NCBI GenBank assembly: GCA_026396015.1
Contig: JAPLXP010000003.1
Location: forward strand, 105,810-169,809
From: Candidatus Nomurabacteria bacterium
GTDB lineage: Bacteria > Patescibacteriota > Minisyncoccia > Phycocordibacterales > UBA9973
DNA: 64,000 bases
Direction of reading: 5' to 3'
Shown here: piece by piece, positions 1-9,040 of the stretch
Layout of the letters: each line of letters starts with the position of its first letter
Numbering within the stretch: position 1 is the first letter of the stretch
Translations under genes and position numbers: made by a program
Notes under the pieces: generated by a model
Told to the model about the DNA's origin: nothing
What the model saw: the letters and a program-made list of their open reading frames with translations, nothing else
The model's database searches: none

Positions 1-679
1 ACTGGTCCATATTGTAGGGTGGTTGTGATGACTCTCGGGGAGGAGGTCAGATGCACCGATGTAGATAAAGAATCCTGTAAATACTGCGAGGATGATTCCG
101 AGTATTGATTCAGGAAGTGAGAAGAATAGGGTAGAAGTGATTCCGAGTACTGGGGCGATAGCATCCACTAGGAGCCAATTAAATGCTTCTTTTTTTGTAC
201 CTCCGTTCTTCATTATCATGCTGACAGTGTTTATACCATCAGAAAAGTCGTGCACTAGTACCGCCACTGCAACTATTGCTCCGACGGCAGCGGAGATCTG
301 AAAGGCCAATCCGATGGCTGCACCATCTAGAAAGCTATGTATGGATAGACTACCTGCACCTAGTATTCCACGCTTGTTTTCTGTGTGGGTATGCTCGTGC
401 TCATCTTCGTGATTATGGCTGTGCATTATTACAAATCTGTCGAGTATCATAAATAGTATAAAACCAAATGCTACGATAGAGGTCGTAATAGATATTGCAT
501 AGGTATTCTTTGTCAGTTCTAGAGCTTCTGGTAGTAGATCAAAAAAGGCGACTCCTATAACAGCACCCGCAGAGAAGCCCATGATCATATGGAGTTTGTC
601 TTTGAATCTAATAGCAAAAAGTCCACCCAAAAATGTGGCGATAAATACAGCAAAACTTAATATAAGTAATATATTCATA
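1..679 (-). CDS. ZIP family divalent metal (zinc) transporter, 5'-complete but running off the window start (partial). Not in the ORF track because no stop lies inside the window
   Basis: Minus-strand translation from ATG at 679 reads MNILLILSFAVFIATFLGGLFAIRFKDKLHMIMGFSAGAVIGVAFFDLLPEALE...SHNHEDEHEHTHTENKRGIL. It shows multiple TM helices, a His-rich loop, ZupT-like motifs, and stays open to position 1. Confidence 0.7.
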
Positions 680-778
680 TATTTATACTATAGCATAGTC
701 GTCAAGTGTTTTACTTGTCTTTCGTGCATGTTATAATTTTAATATTAAAAGTAGTCTTACATAGTAAGAAATTAAATT

Positions 779-1423
779 ATGAAAAATAAATTATTTGTTT
801 TTGGTTTGGCTTTGGTCCTGAGTGTTTCATTTGTAAATATAGTTTTAGCTACTGATACAGCCGGTGCAGCAGTGGGGGGTTCTGTAGTCTCAGGTACTAC
901 CATGACTCCACCTACACCTCCAGTGATAGATACTACAAATTTTACTGACGCTCAAAAGACAGCACTAGCAAGTGTAAAGACTCTAATGGATCAATCAAAG
1001 GCATTAAGAGAACAAGCTGATAAAGTTTTAAAAGATGCAGGTATTACTCCAAAAATGATGGGTCAGGTAGAAATGAAAGATAAAATGAAGGGTGATAAGG
1101 GTACAGATCAAGAAGATAATCAGGGTGATCATCAGGATGGTGAAAAAGTTTTTGATATGAAAAAGGCTCCAAAACTAGATGGTCAAAAAATGGATGGTAA
1201 CAAAAATCCAGAGAATACAAAAAAGACAGGTGATATAAAAAAGCCTTCTAGTAAGAAAGCTCCAAAGAAAATGGGTGACAAAAAAGAAGGAGACAAGAAG
1301 GGTGGAGAAGGAAAGGGTCCATTCATGGGCGACCGTAAATCACAAGACGGAAAACTTCCTCCAGCAAATAATACACCTGCAGCTCCTGCACAAAATGCAG
1401 CAGCACCAGCAGTGAATCAATAA
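779..1423 (+). CDS. secreted low-complexity Lys/Gly/Asp-rich protein (hypothetical)
   Basis: N-terminal signal/TM (MKNKLFVFGLALVLSVSFVNIVLA). The C-terminal half is KK/GDK/DGQK low-complexity repeats. Confidence 0.5.
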   Translation: MKNKLFVFGLALVLSVSFVNIVLATDTAGAAVGGSVVSGTTMTPPTPPVIDTTNFTDAQKTALASVKTLMDQSKALREQADKVLKDAGITPKMMGQVEMKDKMKGDKGTDQEDNQGDHQDGEKVFDMKKAPKLDGQKMDGNKNPENTKKTGDIKKPSSKKAPKKMGDKKEGDKKGGEGKGPFMGDRKSQDGKLPPANNTPAAPAQNAAAPAVNQ

Positions 1424-1440
1424 TTTAATTTTGAATAAAA

Positions 1441-1470
1441 AAACTCCCATGAGGGAGTTTTTTTTATTCA
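1441..1470. terminator. bidirectional rho-independent terminator (hairpin ctccc-atga-gggag + T tract)
   Basis: aaaaactcccatgagggagtttttttt lies between the converging genes ending at 1423 (+) and 1464 (-). Confidence 0.6.
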
Positions 1471-3632
1471 AAATGCATTGTGATATTTTTTTGTTCGACA
1501 GTATTCAAGAGGATAGGGGATGATAGCAGTTTTGGGTCTTTTTCAATCAGTGCTATTGCCTCATTACGGGCAGCTTCTACCATTTTTATATTCTTGATAG
1601 CTTCCATTCCTAGGTCTGTGATGCCCCATTGTTTACCGCCGCCGAGTTCACCTGCACCACGTAGTGTCAGATCTAGTTCTGCGAGCTCGAAACCGCTCGC
1701 AGCTTTTGTTAGGGCTTTTAGACGGTCCATAGTCTTTTCTGTTTTTGCTTCTGCAAAAAGATAACAGTATGATTGATCGTTTGATCGGATTACTCGTCCA
1801 CGCAGCTGGTGCAGCTGTGCTAAGCCAAATCTTTCTGCTCCCTCGATGATTATCGATGTGGCATTCGGCACATTCACACCTACCTCTATCACTGATGTAG
1901 ATACTAGTATATCTATCTTGTGGTCTTTAAAGTCTTGCATGACTTCCTCCTTTTTTTGCTTTGTCATCTTGCTGTGCATGACTTCTATATTGTATTTTTG
2001 GAAGACTTCTTTTTTGAGGCGCTTTGCTTCTGTCGTCACATTCTTCATAGCTAATGCTTTTTCTTGATCTGGGTCTGGTTCATCAATACGTGGGCAGATG
2101 ACGTATGCTTGATGGCCTGCTTCAAGTTCTCTGTGAATTTTTGTATATGCTTCATCACGCTTACCTGGTGCGACTATTTCTGTGATTACTTTTTTTCTTC
2201 CAGCTGGCATCTCGTCTATGATAGATAGATCTAGGTCTCCGTATATAGTCAGTGCAAGTGTGCGGGGGATAGGAGTCGCCGTCATAGATAGATAATGTGG
2301 AGCATGACCTTCTTTCTTTGCGAGCTTCATTCTTTGATTAGTTCCAAAGCGATGCTGCTCATCGATGATGACCAATCCTAAATCCTCAAATTCTACTGAT
2401 TTGGATACGAGCGCATGAGTACCTACTAGTATTGGTATCTCGCCATTCTTTACCCATTTGAGGAGTTGGGATCGTGATATTGTAGTCCAGGGTTCAGAGG
2501 AACTTGCTACCTTGGTAGGGAACTTTCTACATCCAGATCCAGTAATAAGGCCAATTGATATTCCTGTATGTTTAAAATACTCAATAAAGCTTTCGAATAG
2601 CTGTGTAGCTAGCACTTCGGTCGGTGCCATATATGCCACTTGGATATTTCCAAAGTTTTGTCCGACTGGGCGATTCTTGATCACTGCATATGCTACTGTT
2701 GCAGCAACAAAAGTCTTACCAGACCCTACATCACCTTCGACGAGGCGCGACATTGCCTTGTCTTTTTGAAAGTCTTCAAGTATTGAATTGATTGCATTAC
2801 TCTGTGCATTCGTCGGCTTGAAAGGGAATCGACTGACAAAGTCTGCGATGTCTGCTTTTGGAATTTTCAATTTATATGAGAAAAGTTCTTCGTATTCCTT
2901 ACGCTCCTTTTGGCGTGCCAGCTGTATAAAGAATACTTCTTCAAAAGCGAATCGTTTGCGGGCTGCATCGGCGTCATTCTTTTTCTGAGGTGCGTGTATC
3001 CAGATGAGTGCAGTCTTTAGATTTGGTAGGCTGTATTTTTTAATTATTTCTTCCGGTATGTATTCTCTGATATTTTCCAATGCGCCACTTTTAATAATTT
3101 TCTGTATTGTATGATACATCCATTTTGAAGTGATACCTTTTGTCTCAGGATATATAGGGTAGCCAAAGCTCTGTGTATTTTCCCCACTTGCAAATAGTGA
3201 GTCATGCGTGTCGATAGGTAGGATGTCCTCCTTGGTAATCTCGGGGTTGGTCAGAGTCATACCATATGTCGGACTATTGGATACCTTTCCTGTCACACGC
3301 ACTACCGCTCCTTCGCGTAGCATTTTCGCAAGGTACGGCTGATGGAACCAGACAATCTTTATCTTACCAGTCAGATCTGAAAGTTCTGCGTGGCCCATAG
3401 GAATTTTACTCTTGAAACCTTTTTTAGTTTCGAGTTTGGAAATAGTTCCTAATAGTGTGACTTGCTCACCGTCAGAAATATTATTTATATGTTTTACTTC
3501 TGATATGTCTGTGTATCGTGTAGGGAAGTAGTATAGTAGATCATGAATAGTATTGATACCTAGTCGGACTAGGGCCCCTTTTTGATTGATGTCTATTCTG
3601 AAATTTTTCTCTATTTTGTCCGTCAGATTCAT
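1464..3632 (-). CDS. recG: ATP-dependent DNA helicase RecG
   Basis: 722 aa with Walker A GDVGSGKT and DEAH box DEQHRFG. Wedge/helicase architecture and length are typical of RecG. Confidence 0.85.
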   Translation of the reverse strand: MNLTDKIEKNFRIDINQKGALVRLGINTIHDLLYYFPTRYTDISEVKHINNISDGEQVTLLGTISKLETKKGFKSKIPMGHAELSDLTGKIKIVWFHQPYLAKMLREGAVVRVTGKVSNSPTYGMTLTNPEITKEDILPIDTHDSLFASGENTQSFGYPIYPETKGITSKWMYHTIQKIIKSGALENIREYIPEEIIKKYSLPNLKTALIWIHAPQKKNDADAARKRFAFEEVFFIQLARQKERKEYEELFSYKLKIPKADIADFVSRFPFKPTNAQSNAINSILEDFQKDKAMSRLVEGDVGSGKTFVAATVAYAVIKNRPVGQNFGNIQVAYMAPTEVLATQLFESFIEYFKHTGISIGLITGSGCRKFPTKVASSSEPWTTISRSQLLKWVKNGEIPILVGTHALVSKSVEFEDLGLVIIDEQHRFGTNQRMKLAKKEGHAPHYLSMTATPIPRTLALTIYGDLDLSIIDEMPAGRKKVITEIVAPGKRDEAYTKIHRELEAGHQAYVICPRIDEPDPDQEKALAMKNVTTEAKRLKKEVFQKYNIEVMHSKMTKQKKEEVMQDFKDHKIDILVSTSVIEVGVNVPNATSIIIEGAERFGLAQLHQLRGRVIRSNDQSYCYLFAEAKTEKTMDRLKALTKAASGFELAELDLTLRGAGELGGGKQWGITDLGMEAIKNIKMVEAARNEAIALIEKDPKLLSSPILLNTVEQKNITMHFE

Positions 3633-3649
3633 AAATGAATTGTATCATA

Positions 3650-3686
3650 AAAATAGCCCCGACCTTTGGTCGGGGCTATTTTTATT
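3650..3686. terminator. rho-independent terminator hairpin (agccccgacc tttg gtcggggct) + T tract
   Basis: Perfect GC-rich stem seen directly. It lies downstream of the minus-strand receiver/small-ORF pair. Confidence 0.55.
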
Positions 3687-3771
3687 TGTAGAGTATCAAT
3701 CCGCCTATTGCTATTAGTATCATCAGTAGAATTATAGCAATTTTCTCATTATTTACTCTTGGAATTTTCAT
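3682..3771 (-). CDS. 29-aa single-TM micro-protein, translationally coupled to the upstream response regulator (TAATG overlap)
   Basis: Minus strand encodes MKIPRVNNEKIAIILLMILIAIGGLILYK. Its start overlaps the regulator stop by 1 nt. Not in the ORF track (under 60 aa). Confidence 0.3.
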   Translation of the reverse strand: MKIPRVNNEKIAIILLMILIAIGGLILYK

Positions 3772-4136
3772 TATTTCAAAATAGCTTTTATCTCAGTCAC
3801 TAATTCTTCTAGCGTAAAGTTTGATTTAACCATGAATTTTGTAGCTCCTAATTGTTCTGCTTTTTGCATTGCAGATTCCTCTGATAGGTTTGAGAATACA
3901 ATTACAGGGATAGCCTTTGTTGTTTCTTGTTCTCGGACTTTTTTAAGAATATCAAATCCATCAAAATTGGGAAGCATCAAATCAAGAAGTATTAATGCTA
4001 CACCTTCCTCATTTATCTTTTTCATTCCATCGTCTCCTGTGCTTGCAGTAATAACTTCAAATTTTTCTTTTGTAAGTTTACTTGCCTCTAGGCTCTGTAG
4101 GAAACTATCATCTTCAATTACTAAAATCTTACTCAT
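3771..4136 (-). CDS. response regulator, receiver (CheY-like) domain only
   Basis: KILVIEDD...LILLDLMLP...DGF...K receiver motifs. 121 aa with no output domain. Confidence 0.75.
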   Translation of the reverse strand: MSKILVIEDDSFLQSLEASKLTKEKFEVITASTGDDGMKKINEEGVALILLDLMLPNFDGFDILKKVREQETTKAIPVIVFSNLSEESAMQKAEQLGATKFMVKSNFTLEELVTEIKAILK

Positions 4137-4156
4137 ATGAGATTATTGTATCATAG

Positions 4157-4897
4157 TTAATTATTAAGAGGCAATGTGATGAAAAAAGTAGTACCTTTTT
4201 CATCACTTTCAAACCATATCTTTCCTTTGTGATTCTCTACTATTTTTTTTGTTGTGTATAGCCCCAATCCTGAACCTATGGCATCTTTTTGTTTAGCGTT
4301 TTCTGTTCTGTAGAATTTCTCAAATATATGTTTTTGATCATCATTTGATATTGTGATACCTGTGTCTCTTACTGATAAATCTATTTCGTCTTCGTTTTGA
4401 CTTATGGATATGACTACTTTTCCATGTATATTACTGTATTTGATAGAATTCTCTACTAAATTTTGGAATACTACGCGTATCATTTCTTTGTCTACAGATA
4501 CTTTGTTCAGTATTGAGGATGGTTTTAAGAAAATCAATTCGATTTCTTTTTTATGAGATTCACCATAGAATTCAAAAATTGTCTGTTCTAATAATTCCAC
4601 AAGATCTACATCTTGAAAATTAAAAGATAGTATCTTGTCCTCTGTATGATTCAGTGTGATCATCTCATTTGTCAGCATGATCATTCTCTCTGTGCTCTCG
4701 TATGCTTTGTTTAGTAGATTTTCTTGTTCACTCGTGATATCTCCGAGGTCCTTATCTAGGAACATTTTGAGTATCCATTTTGATGCAGATAGTGATGTAC
4801 GGAGTTGGTGTGCAGAGATAGAAATAAGATCAGATCTGACTAGGTTAATATTCTTTAACTCCTCATTCTCAGCTTTTATTTTAAGTATGTCATCCAT
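4157..4897 (-). CDS. cytoplasmic sensor histidine kinase (HisKA + HATPase_c)
   Basis: H-box SISAHQLRTSLS and G-box GSGLGLYTTKKIVENHKGKIW. No TM segment. Confidence 0.75.
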   Translation of the reverse strand: MDDILKIKAENEELKNINLVRSDLISISAHQLRTSLSASKWILKMFLDKDLGDITSEQENLLNKAYESTERMIMLTNEMITLNHTEDKILSFNFQDVDLVELLEQTIFEFYGESHKKEIELIFLKPSSILNKVSVDKEMIRVVFQNLVENSIKYSNIHGKVVISISQNEDEIDLSVRDTGITISNDDQKHIFEKFYRTENAKQKDAIGSGLGLYTTKKIVENHKGKIWFESDEKGTTFFITLPLNN

Positions 4898-4900
4898 ATA

Positions 4901-5260
4901 TTATTTTTTTATAGAAGTCGCTGTTATTGCTGGTACTTTGATTTGAGCTTGGTCTACTTTCAGTAATTTTACCCCACCATATACGACAAGAGCTACAACG
5001 ATAAAATCTATACCATTGTTCAAGAATGCTCCGTAGTGCACAGATACTTTACCTATTTTAAATACTTCATTACCTAGATCATCCACACCACCGAGGAGTC
5101 CATTTATTATAGGATTGATTATGTCAGTGACTAATGATGTAACGAATTTAGATATTGCACCTCCAAGTATAAAACCTATCGCTAATCCCACTACACCCTG
5201 ACTTTTTATAAAATCAGTAAAACCTGTAAGCCCACGTATTTTTTTGAGGTGTTGTCTCAT
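4901..5260 (-). CDS. mscL: large-conductance mechanosensitive channel MscL
   Basis: 119 aa. GLAIGFILGGAISKFVTSLVTDIINPIING matches the MscL TM1 signature. Two TM helices. Confidence 0.8.
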   Translation of the reverse strand: MRQHLKKIRGLTGFTDFIKSQGVVGLAIGFILGGAISKFVTSLVTDIINPIINGLLGGVDDLGNEVFKIGKVSVHYGAFLNNGIDFIVVALVVYGGVKLLKVDQAQIKVPAITATSIKK

Positions 5261-5387
5261 AAATTTATTATAACATAGGTAGTGTCCATTTCCCTTGATT
5301 GACTTTATGTATTTTTGCTGGTATACTATTTAAAATTTATTTGGAGTAATCCATTTTTCTTTAACTATAAAAAATTTAAAAAAAGAA

Positions 5388-5795
5388 ATGAGTAATGTAC
5401 ACAAAGCGCTAGAGGCAGCTATTGATGAAGGAGTAGATGGTAAGGACATAATCTATTACACAAGAAGAAATGGTGTAAATAAGGATATATTGCCTGAATT
5501 TACAAAAGGAGAATGCCAAGAAAAGTATACCTATTATTTATCGTTTGATAAAAAGAAAGGCAACTCAAACAGGAGGATTAAAGCTGTTCTGGATTATTTA
5601 TTAAAAATTTATAATACACATTTTTTGGGAGGAGGAAGATATTACTTTTCAACACAAGAAAATGTAAATGAAAAAATTGTTGTTTATGTTTTTGGTAAGG
5701 ATAATGTAATTTTTCATTTTTTTGTTGCTCATTCCATTGACCCCTGTAATTATATTTTTTTGAATCACCAGAATATTAATTTTGAGAGAGTTTAA
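5388..5795 (+). CDS. hypothetical protein
   Basis: 135-aa ORF with clean ATG and followed by a terminator hairpin. No recognisable motif. Confidence 0.4.
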   Translation: MSNVHKALEAAIDEGVDGKDIIYYTRRNGVNKDILPEFTKGECQEKYTYYLSFDKKKGNSNRRIKAVLDYLLKIYNTHFLGGGRYYFSTQENVNEKIVVYVFGKDNVIFHFFVAHSIDPCNYIFLNHQNINFERV

Positions 5796-5796
5796 A

Positions 5797-5832
5797 TTTA
5801 AAATCCAGAACACATAGTTCTGGATTTTTATT
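5797..5832. terminator. terminator hairpin (atccagaac acat agttctggat) + T tract
   Basis: Perfect 9-bp stem directly after the 5388..5795 CDS. Confidence 0.6.
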
Positions 5833-5834
5833 TG

Positions 5835-5921
5835 CGGAGCCGGACGGATTCGAACCGTCGAGGGCTTTTACACCCTGCCTCTTTAGCAAAGAGGTACGTT
5901 AGACCACTCTGACACGGCTCC
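5835..5921 (-). tRNA. tRNA-Ser (anticodon GCU), type II with long variable arm
   Basis: Minus strand GGAGCCG...CCTCT-TTGCTAA-AGAGG...GACGG-TTCGAAT-CCGTC-CGGCTCC-G. It has a 7-bp acceptor stem, canonical T loop and discriminator G. Confidence 0.85.
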
Positions 5922-5957
5922 AATATCGTCAAATATATCACATTTTATAAATATAAA

Positions 5958-5995
5958 AAATCTCCCACAGGCTGGACCTAGGGGAGATTTTTATT
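5958..5995. terminator. terminator hairpin (tctccc...ggggaga) + T tract, downstream of minus-strand gene ending at 6002
   Basis: aaaaatctcccacaggctggacctaggggagatttttatttg. Confidence 0.5.
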
Positions 5996-6001
5996 TGTGT
6001 A

Positions 6002-6535
6002 CTAAGCTTGCTTTCTAAATCTGTCTAATCCGATCCATCCTGCGACCTTGCGTCCACAAAGGATGAATATTTGTAGGAGTAGAAGCCAAGGGTTTGTACT
6101 GACTGTACCTGCGAATAGATAATTGAAATTCATGAATGCTCCAAATGTCGCTGCAGCTCTCGTGAATAGTCCGAGTATCAATCCTAGTCCTACGAGTATT
6201 TCTCCGAAAGTCACAATGTTTGCAAATAGACATGCATTTGGTATTGCGACATGGTTGATGAACCATGCATACCACATAGATACATCATGGTGTTCTCCGG
6301 TGATATATGCTTTTGCCATTGCGCCCATCAAGAATCCTTTTATTGGACCTCCAGCGTCGATACCAGCCCATGCTGTATTCCAAATTAGTGTGTGTTTAAT
6401 AAAGAGCTTGTCCCATCCAGCGATTAGCCATTCATATCCGACGTATATACGTAATAGTAACCAGAGAATTGCAGAACGTTTATCTGTGGTAAAGAAATCA
6501 TAGATTTTTTTACAATAGATTTTTGTATTGTTCAT
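6002..6535 (-). CDS. DoxX/DoxD-like polytopic membrane protein
   Basis: 177 aa with 4-5 hydrophobic helices. LLRIYVGYEWLIAGWDKL resembles the DoxX N-terminal helix. Confidence 0.4.
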   Translation of the reverse strand: MNNTKIYCKKIYDFFTTDKRSAILWLLLRIYVGYEWLIAGWDKLFIKHTLIWNTAWAGIDAGGPIKGFLMGAMAKAYITGEHHDVSMWYAWFINHVAIPNACLFANIVTFGEILVGLGLILGLFTRAAATFGAFMNFNYLFAGTVSTNPWLLLLQIFILCGRKVAGWIGLDRFRKQA

Positions 6536-6634
6536 ATTTAAAAGTAAAATTTAATTTACTTGAATAATTATTAATGCTTATATTATAGACCTGTCTCTTT
6601 GTGCCGACAAGGGATAGGGTATATAATCAGTCTT

Positions 6635-7786
6635 ATGAATCACGATAATATATACAAAGAATCACTGGAATTACACGAGAAATATCATGGCAAACTAGAA
6701 ACTGTCAGTAAAGTCAGACTCGACAGTAAGGAAGTATTGTCACTGGCATATAGTCCCGGAGTAGCCGAGGTTTCTCGTGCTATATCTGCCGATCCTAGTA
6801 CTGCGCGCCTTTATACATTGAAGGGTAATACTGTCGCCATCGTAAGTGACGGTTCTGCTATCTTGGGATTGGGAAATCTGGGACCACTGGCAGCAATTCC
6901 TGTGATGGAGGGCAAGGCTTGCATACTAAAAGAATTCGCAGGTGTGGATGCATTCCCTATATGTCTGGATACTCAGGATACAGAGGAGATAATAAAAGCA
7001 GTAAAGCAAATTGCTCCAGTATTCGGTGCTATCAACCTCGAGGATATCGCAGCTCCGAGATGTTTTGAAATAGAAGAGAGGCTCCGTGCTGAACTAGATA
7101 TCCCAGTCATGCACGATGACCAATGGGGTGCAGCTACTGTGACACTGTCTGCGATAATAAATTCACTAAAATTAATCGGTAAGACAAAAGAGGAAATAAA
7201 AGTAGTTCTTTCTGGGGTGGGTGCAGCTGGTGTGGCTACTGCACGATTGCTATCTGTATACGGAATAAAAAATATTGTCTTCTGTGATAGTCACGGTATC
7301 ATCCATCACGATCGTACTGATCTGACAAAAGAGAAAAAGGAATTACTCACTGGTAGTACTGCTGTCGTATCTGAAGGGGACTTGGCTCTCGCAATAATCG
7401 ATGCCGATGTATTCATCGGACTTTCCAAGCCAGGAGTACTCTCTGCGGATATGGTGCGAACAATGGCTGCGAAGCCTGTGATATTTGCACTAGCCAACCC
7501 GACTCCAGAGATCATGCCGGATATTGCTCATGAAGCTGGTGCATATATAGTAGCTACAGGTCGTAGTGATTTTCCAAATCAGATAAACAACTCTCTAGTA
7601 TTTCCAGGTGCATTCAGGGGGATGCTCGATGCACAGATACCACAATTTAAAATAGAAATGTTTTCTGCTATCGCCCAGGCTATCGCAGATTCAGTCGTCG
7701 ACCTAACACCTGAGAAAATAATCCCGACAATGTGGGATGAGGGTGGCGTAGATCTGGTGGCGAATACTATTAAGAGATTTAAATAA
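6635..7786 (+). CDS. NAD(P)-dependent malic enzyme (short form; ORF-track start 6599 is GTG, likely true ATG at 6635)
   Basis: YTLKGNTVAIVSDGSAILGLGNLGPLAAIPVMEGKA plus the Rossmann GVGAAGVA motif. Length matches MaeB-type short malic enzymes. Confidence 0.8.
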   Translation: MNHDNIYKESLELHEKYHGKLETVSKVRLDSKEVLSLAYSPGVAEVSRAISADPSTARLYTLKGNTVAIVSDGSAILGLGNLGPLAAIPVMEGKACILKEFAGVDAFPICLDTQDTEEIIKAVKQIAPVFGAINLEDIAAPRCFEIEERLRAELDIPVMHDDQWGAATVTLSAIINSLKLIGKTKEEIKVVLSGVGAAGVATARLLSVYGIKNIVFCDSHGIIHHDRTDLTKEKKELLTGSTAVVSEGDLALAIIDADVFIGLSKPGVLSADMVRTMAAKPVIFALANPTPEIMPDIAHEAGAYIVATGRSDFPNQINNSLVFPGAFRGMLDAQIPQFKIEMFSAIAQAIADSVVDLTPEKIIPTMWDEGGVDLVANTIKRFK

Positions 7787-7846
7787 AAAGTTCACAAAAT
7801 ACCACCTTTCTGCTATACTCAGAAAATCATACATGGAGGCGTGGAT

Positions 7847-7970
7847 ATGAAATATGAACTGCTTCATATTTCATCCGTTCGGTCACAATAGACCGACGAG
7901 CGATTATACGAAGTATAAGCTCGAGGGTAGGGTCCGGGAGGACACGAAGACACAACGACGAGTATAACGA
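7847..7970 (+). other. about 125-nt structured intergenic element bounded by a 12-nt direct repeat of the downstream tRNA 5' end (GGAGGCGTGGAT at 7835 and 7971). It contains GC-rich boxes related to the ligA-insert repeat
   Basis: Perfect hairpins tgaaatatgaa-ctgc-ttcatatttca, cggtc-acaata-gaccg and gagcgattatac-gaa-gtataagctc. cggtc...ccgacgagcg and gtccgggaggac resemble the boxes at 29681 and 29704. Confidence 0.4.
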
Positions 7971-8055
7971 GGAGGCGTGGATGAGTGGTTTAAATCAACG
8001 GTTTACTAAACCGTCGTCTGTTACAGGACCGTGAGTTCGAATCTCACCGCCTCCG
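7971..8055 (+). tRNA. type II tRNA with Ser-type identity (long variable arm, discriminator G). The apparent anticodon ACU is unusual
   Basis: Acceptor GGAGGCG/CGCCTCC, T arm GTGAG-TTCGAAT-CTCAC, anticodon stem-loop ACGGT-TTACTAA-ACCGT giving positions 34-36 = ACT. Confidence 0.6.
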
Positions 8056-8094
8056 CAAAATTGTGATAGCACGATATTTGTCATAAATGAACAC

Positions 8095-8844
8095 ATGAAA
8101 ATACTCACTCTCAATACCCAAAAAGCATACCAACCGGATTTTAAAAATTTTATTGTGAATGTTCTAAATAGAGGAGAGTATGATTTCATTTTGCTTCAAG
8201 AGGTCACATCTTCTGTTTCAGACATGATAAAAACAGCTTCTTCGGAGTATCAAATGATCAATCCATTTGATCCTGAACTCGGAGAACATACGCATGGATG
8301 TGTACTTTATAAAAATTTGTTTACTTTGCAAAAAGAACTATTTGTATCTTTTGCCATTCTTGAACCTGGATTTCCTCGCCATGGCTGGGGATTTACGGGA
8401 GGAGTTTTTAATTACGGCGGTAAAAGAATATTTGTTGGCTCAGCACACTTGCATCCAGGATTAAGAAAGAAACGTCGAATGGAACAGCTTAAACTCGTAA
8501 AGGAAAAAGTTATGGCAGAATTTGGTGCGATAACTGTAGTATTTGGTGGTGATTTTAATTTCGGAATGCCGGGAGAAATTTCTTGTTCCGAAAAGATACT
8601 GTCTCCGGAATTTGTGCGAGTCACGAAAGGTCTTGGTCCAACGCTTGATAGTAGATATACCGAGAAAACATCGTGGGGCGTAGCTAGGATAGCGAACATA
8701 CTAGCGAAACTTGGTATTTCTATTAGGCTCAGAGCTGATCATGTATATATCGATAGCCTCACTGTAAAAAGCGCACCTGTGAGATGTCGGATAGTTCCTG
8801 ATCGGGTATCGGATCATTTGGCAGTCGAAGTCTCTATTGGATAA
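8095..8844 (+). CDS. endonuclease/exonuclease/phosphatase (EEP) family protein
   Basis: FILLQEV near the N-terminus, GGDFNF, and the C-terminal SDHLAV motif typical of ExoIII/EEP-fold enzymes. Confidence 0.7.
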   Translation: MKILTLNTQKAYQPDFKNFIVNVLNRGEYDFILLQEVTSSVSDMIKTASSEYQMINPFDPELGEHTHGCVLYKNLFTLQKELFVSFAILEPGFPRHGWGFTGGVFNYGGKRIFVGSAHLHPGLRKKRRMEQLKLVKEKVMAEFGAITVVFGGDFNFGMPGEISCSEKILSPEFVRVTKGLGPTLDSRYTEKTSWGVARIANILAKLGISIRLRADHVYIDSLTVKSAPVRCRIVPDRVSDHLAVEVSIG

Positions 8845-8920
8845 GGTGCTCGAGACGCGTCGATTTTGAATCTGAAAAAATGCTAAAATGACCTTACTGG
8901 TCTTGTCGGGTTTTAGTTCT

Positions 8921-9040
8921 AACACGACGTTCTCCGCAAAAAAGAAAACCCGAAAGGGTTTTTCTTTTTTTGCGGGCGAGAAAGTGATCTGCGTCACTTT
9001 TGTGTGAGATTCGAAGACCTTTTCGTTATGATTAAAGAAT
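8921..9040 (+). other. degenerate copy (C) of the tRNA-3'-end-associated element family (see 33442 and 40116). It includes a 42-nt palindromic terminator-like hairpin
   Basis: ccgcaaaaaagaaaacccgaaagggtttttctttttttgcgg (8934-8975) parallels the hairpin after tRNA-Asp. gaagaccttttcgttatga matches gaagaccttttccttatga at 40181 at 18/19 positions. It is preceded by the tRNA-3'-like remnant ttctccgca. Confidence 0.4.

Noticed and set aside
92-301. 69-aa plus-strand ORF at the window start
   Set aside because: Lies antisense within a well-supported minus-strand ZIP transporter gene (1..679) whose translation shows clear transporter motifs. The plus-strand product is low-complexity.
1480-3000. Several 60-100-aa plus-strand ORFs inside recG (1480..1764, 1846..2067, 2458..2769, 2788..2988)
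   Set aside because: All are antisense to a 722-aa RecG with conserved helicase motifs. AT-rich antisense frames are often open by chance.
7995-8189. 64-aa minus-strand ORF
   Set aside because: Overlaps the tRNA at 7971-8055 and the start of the EEP gene on the opposite strand.
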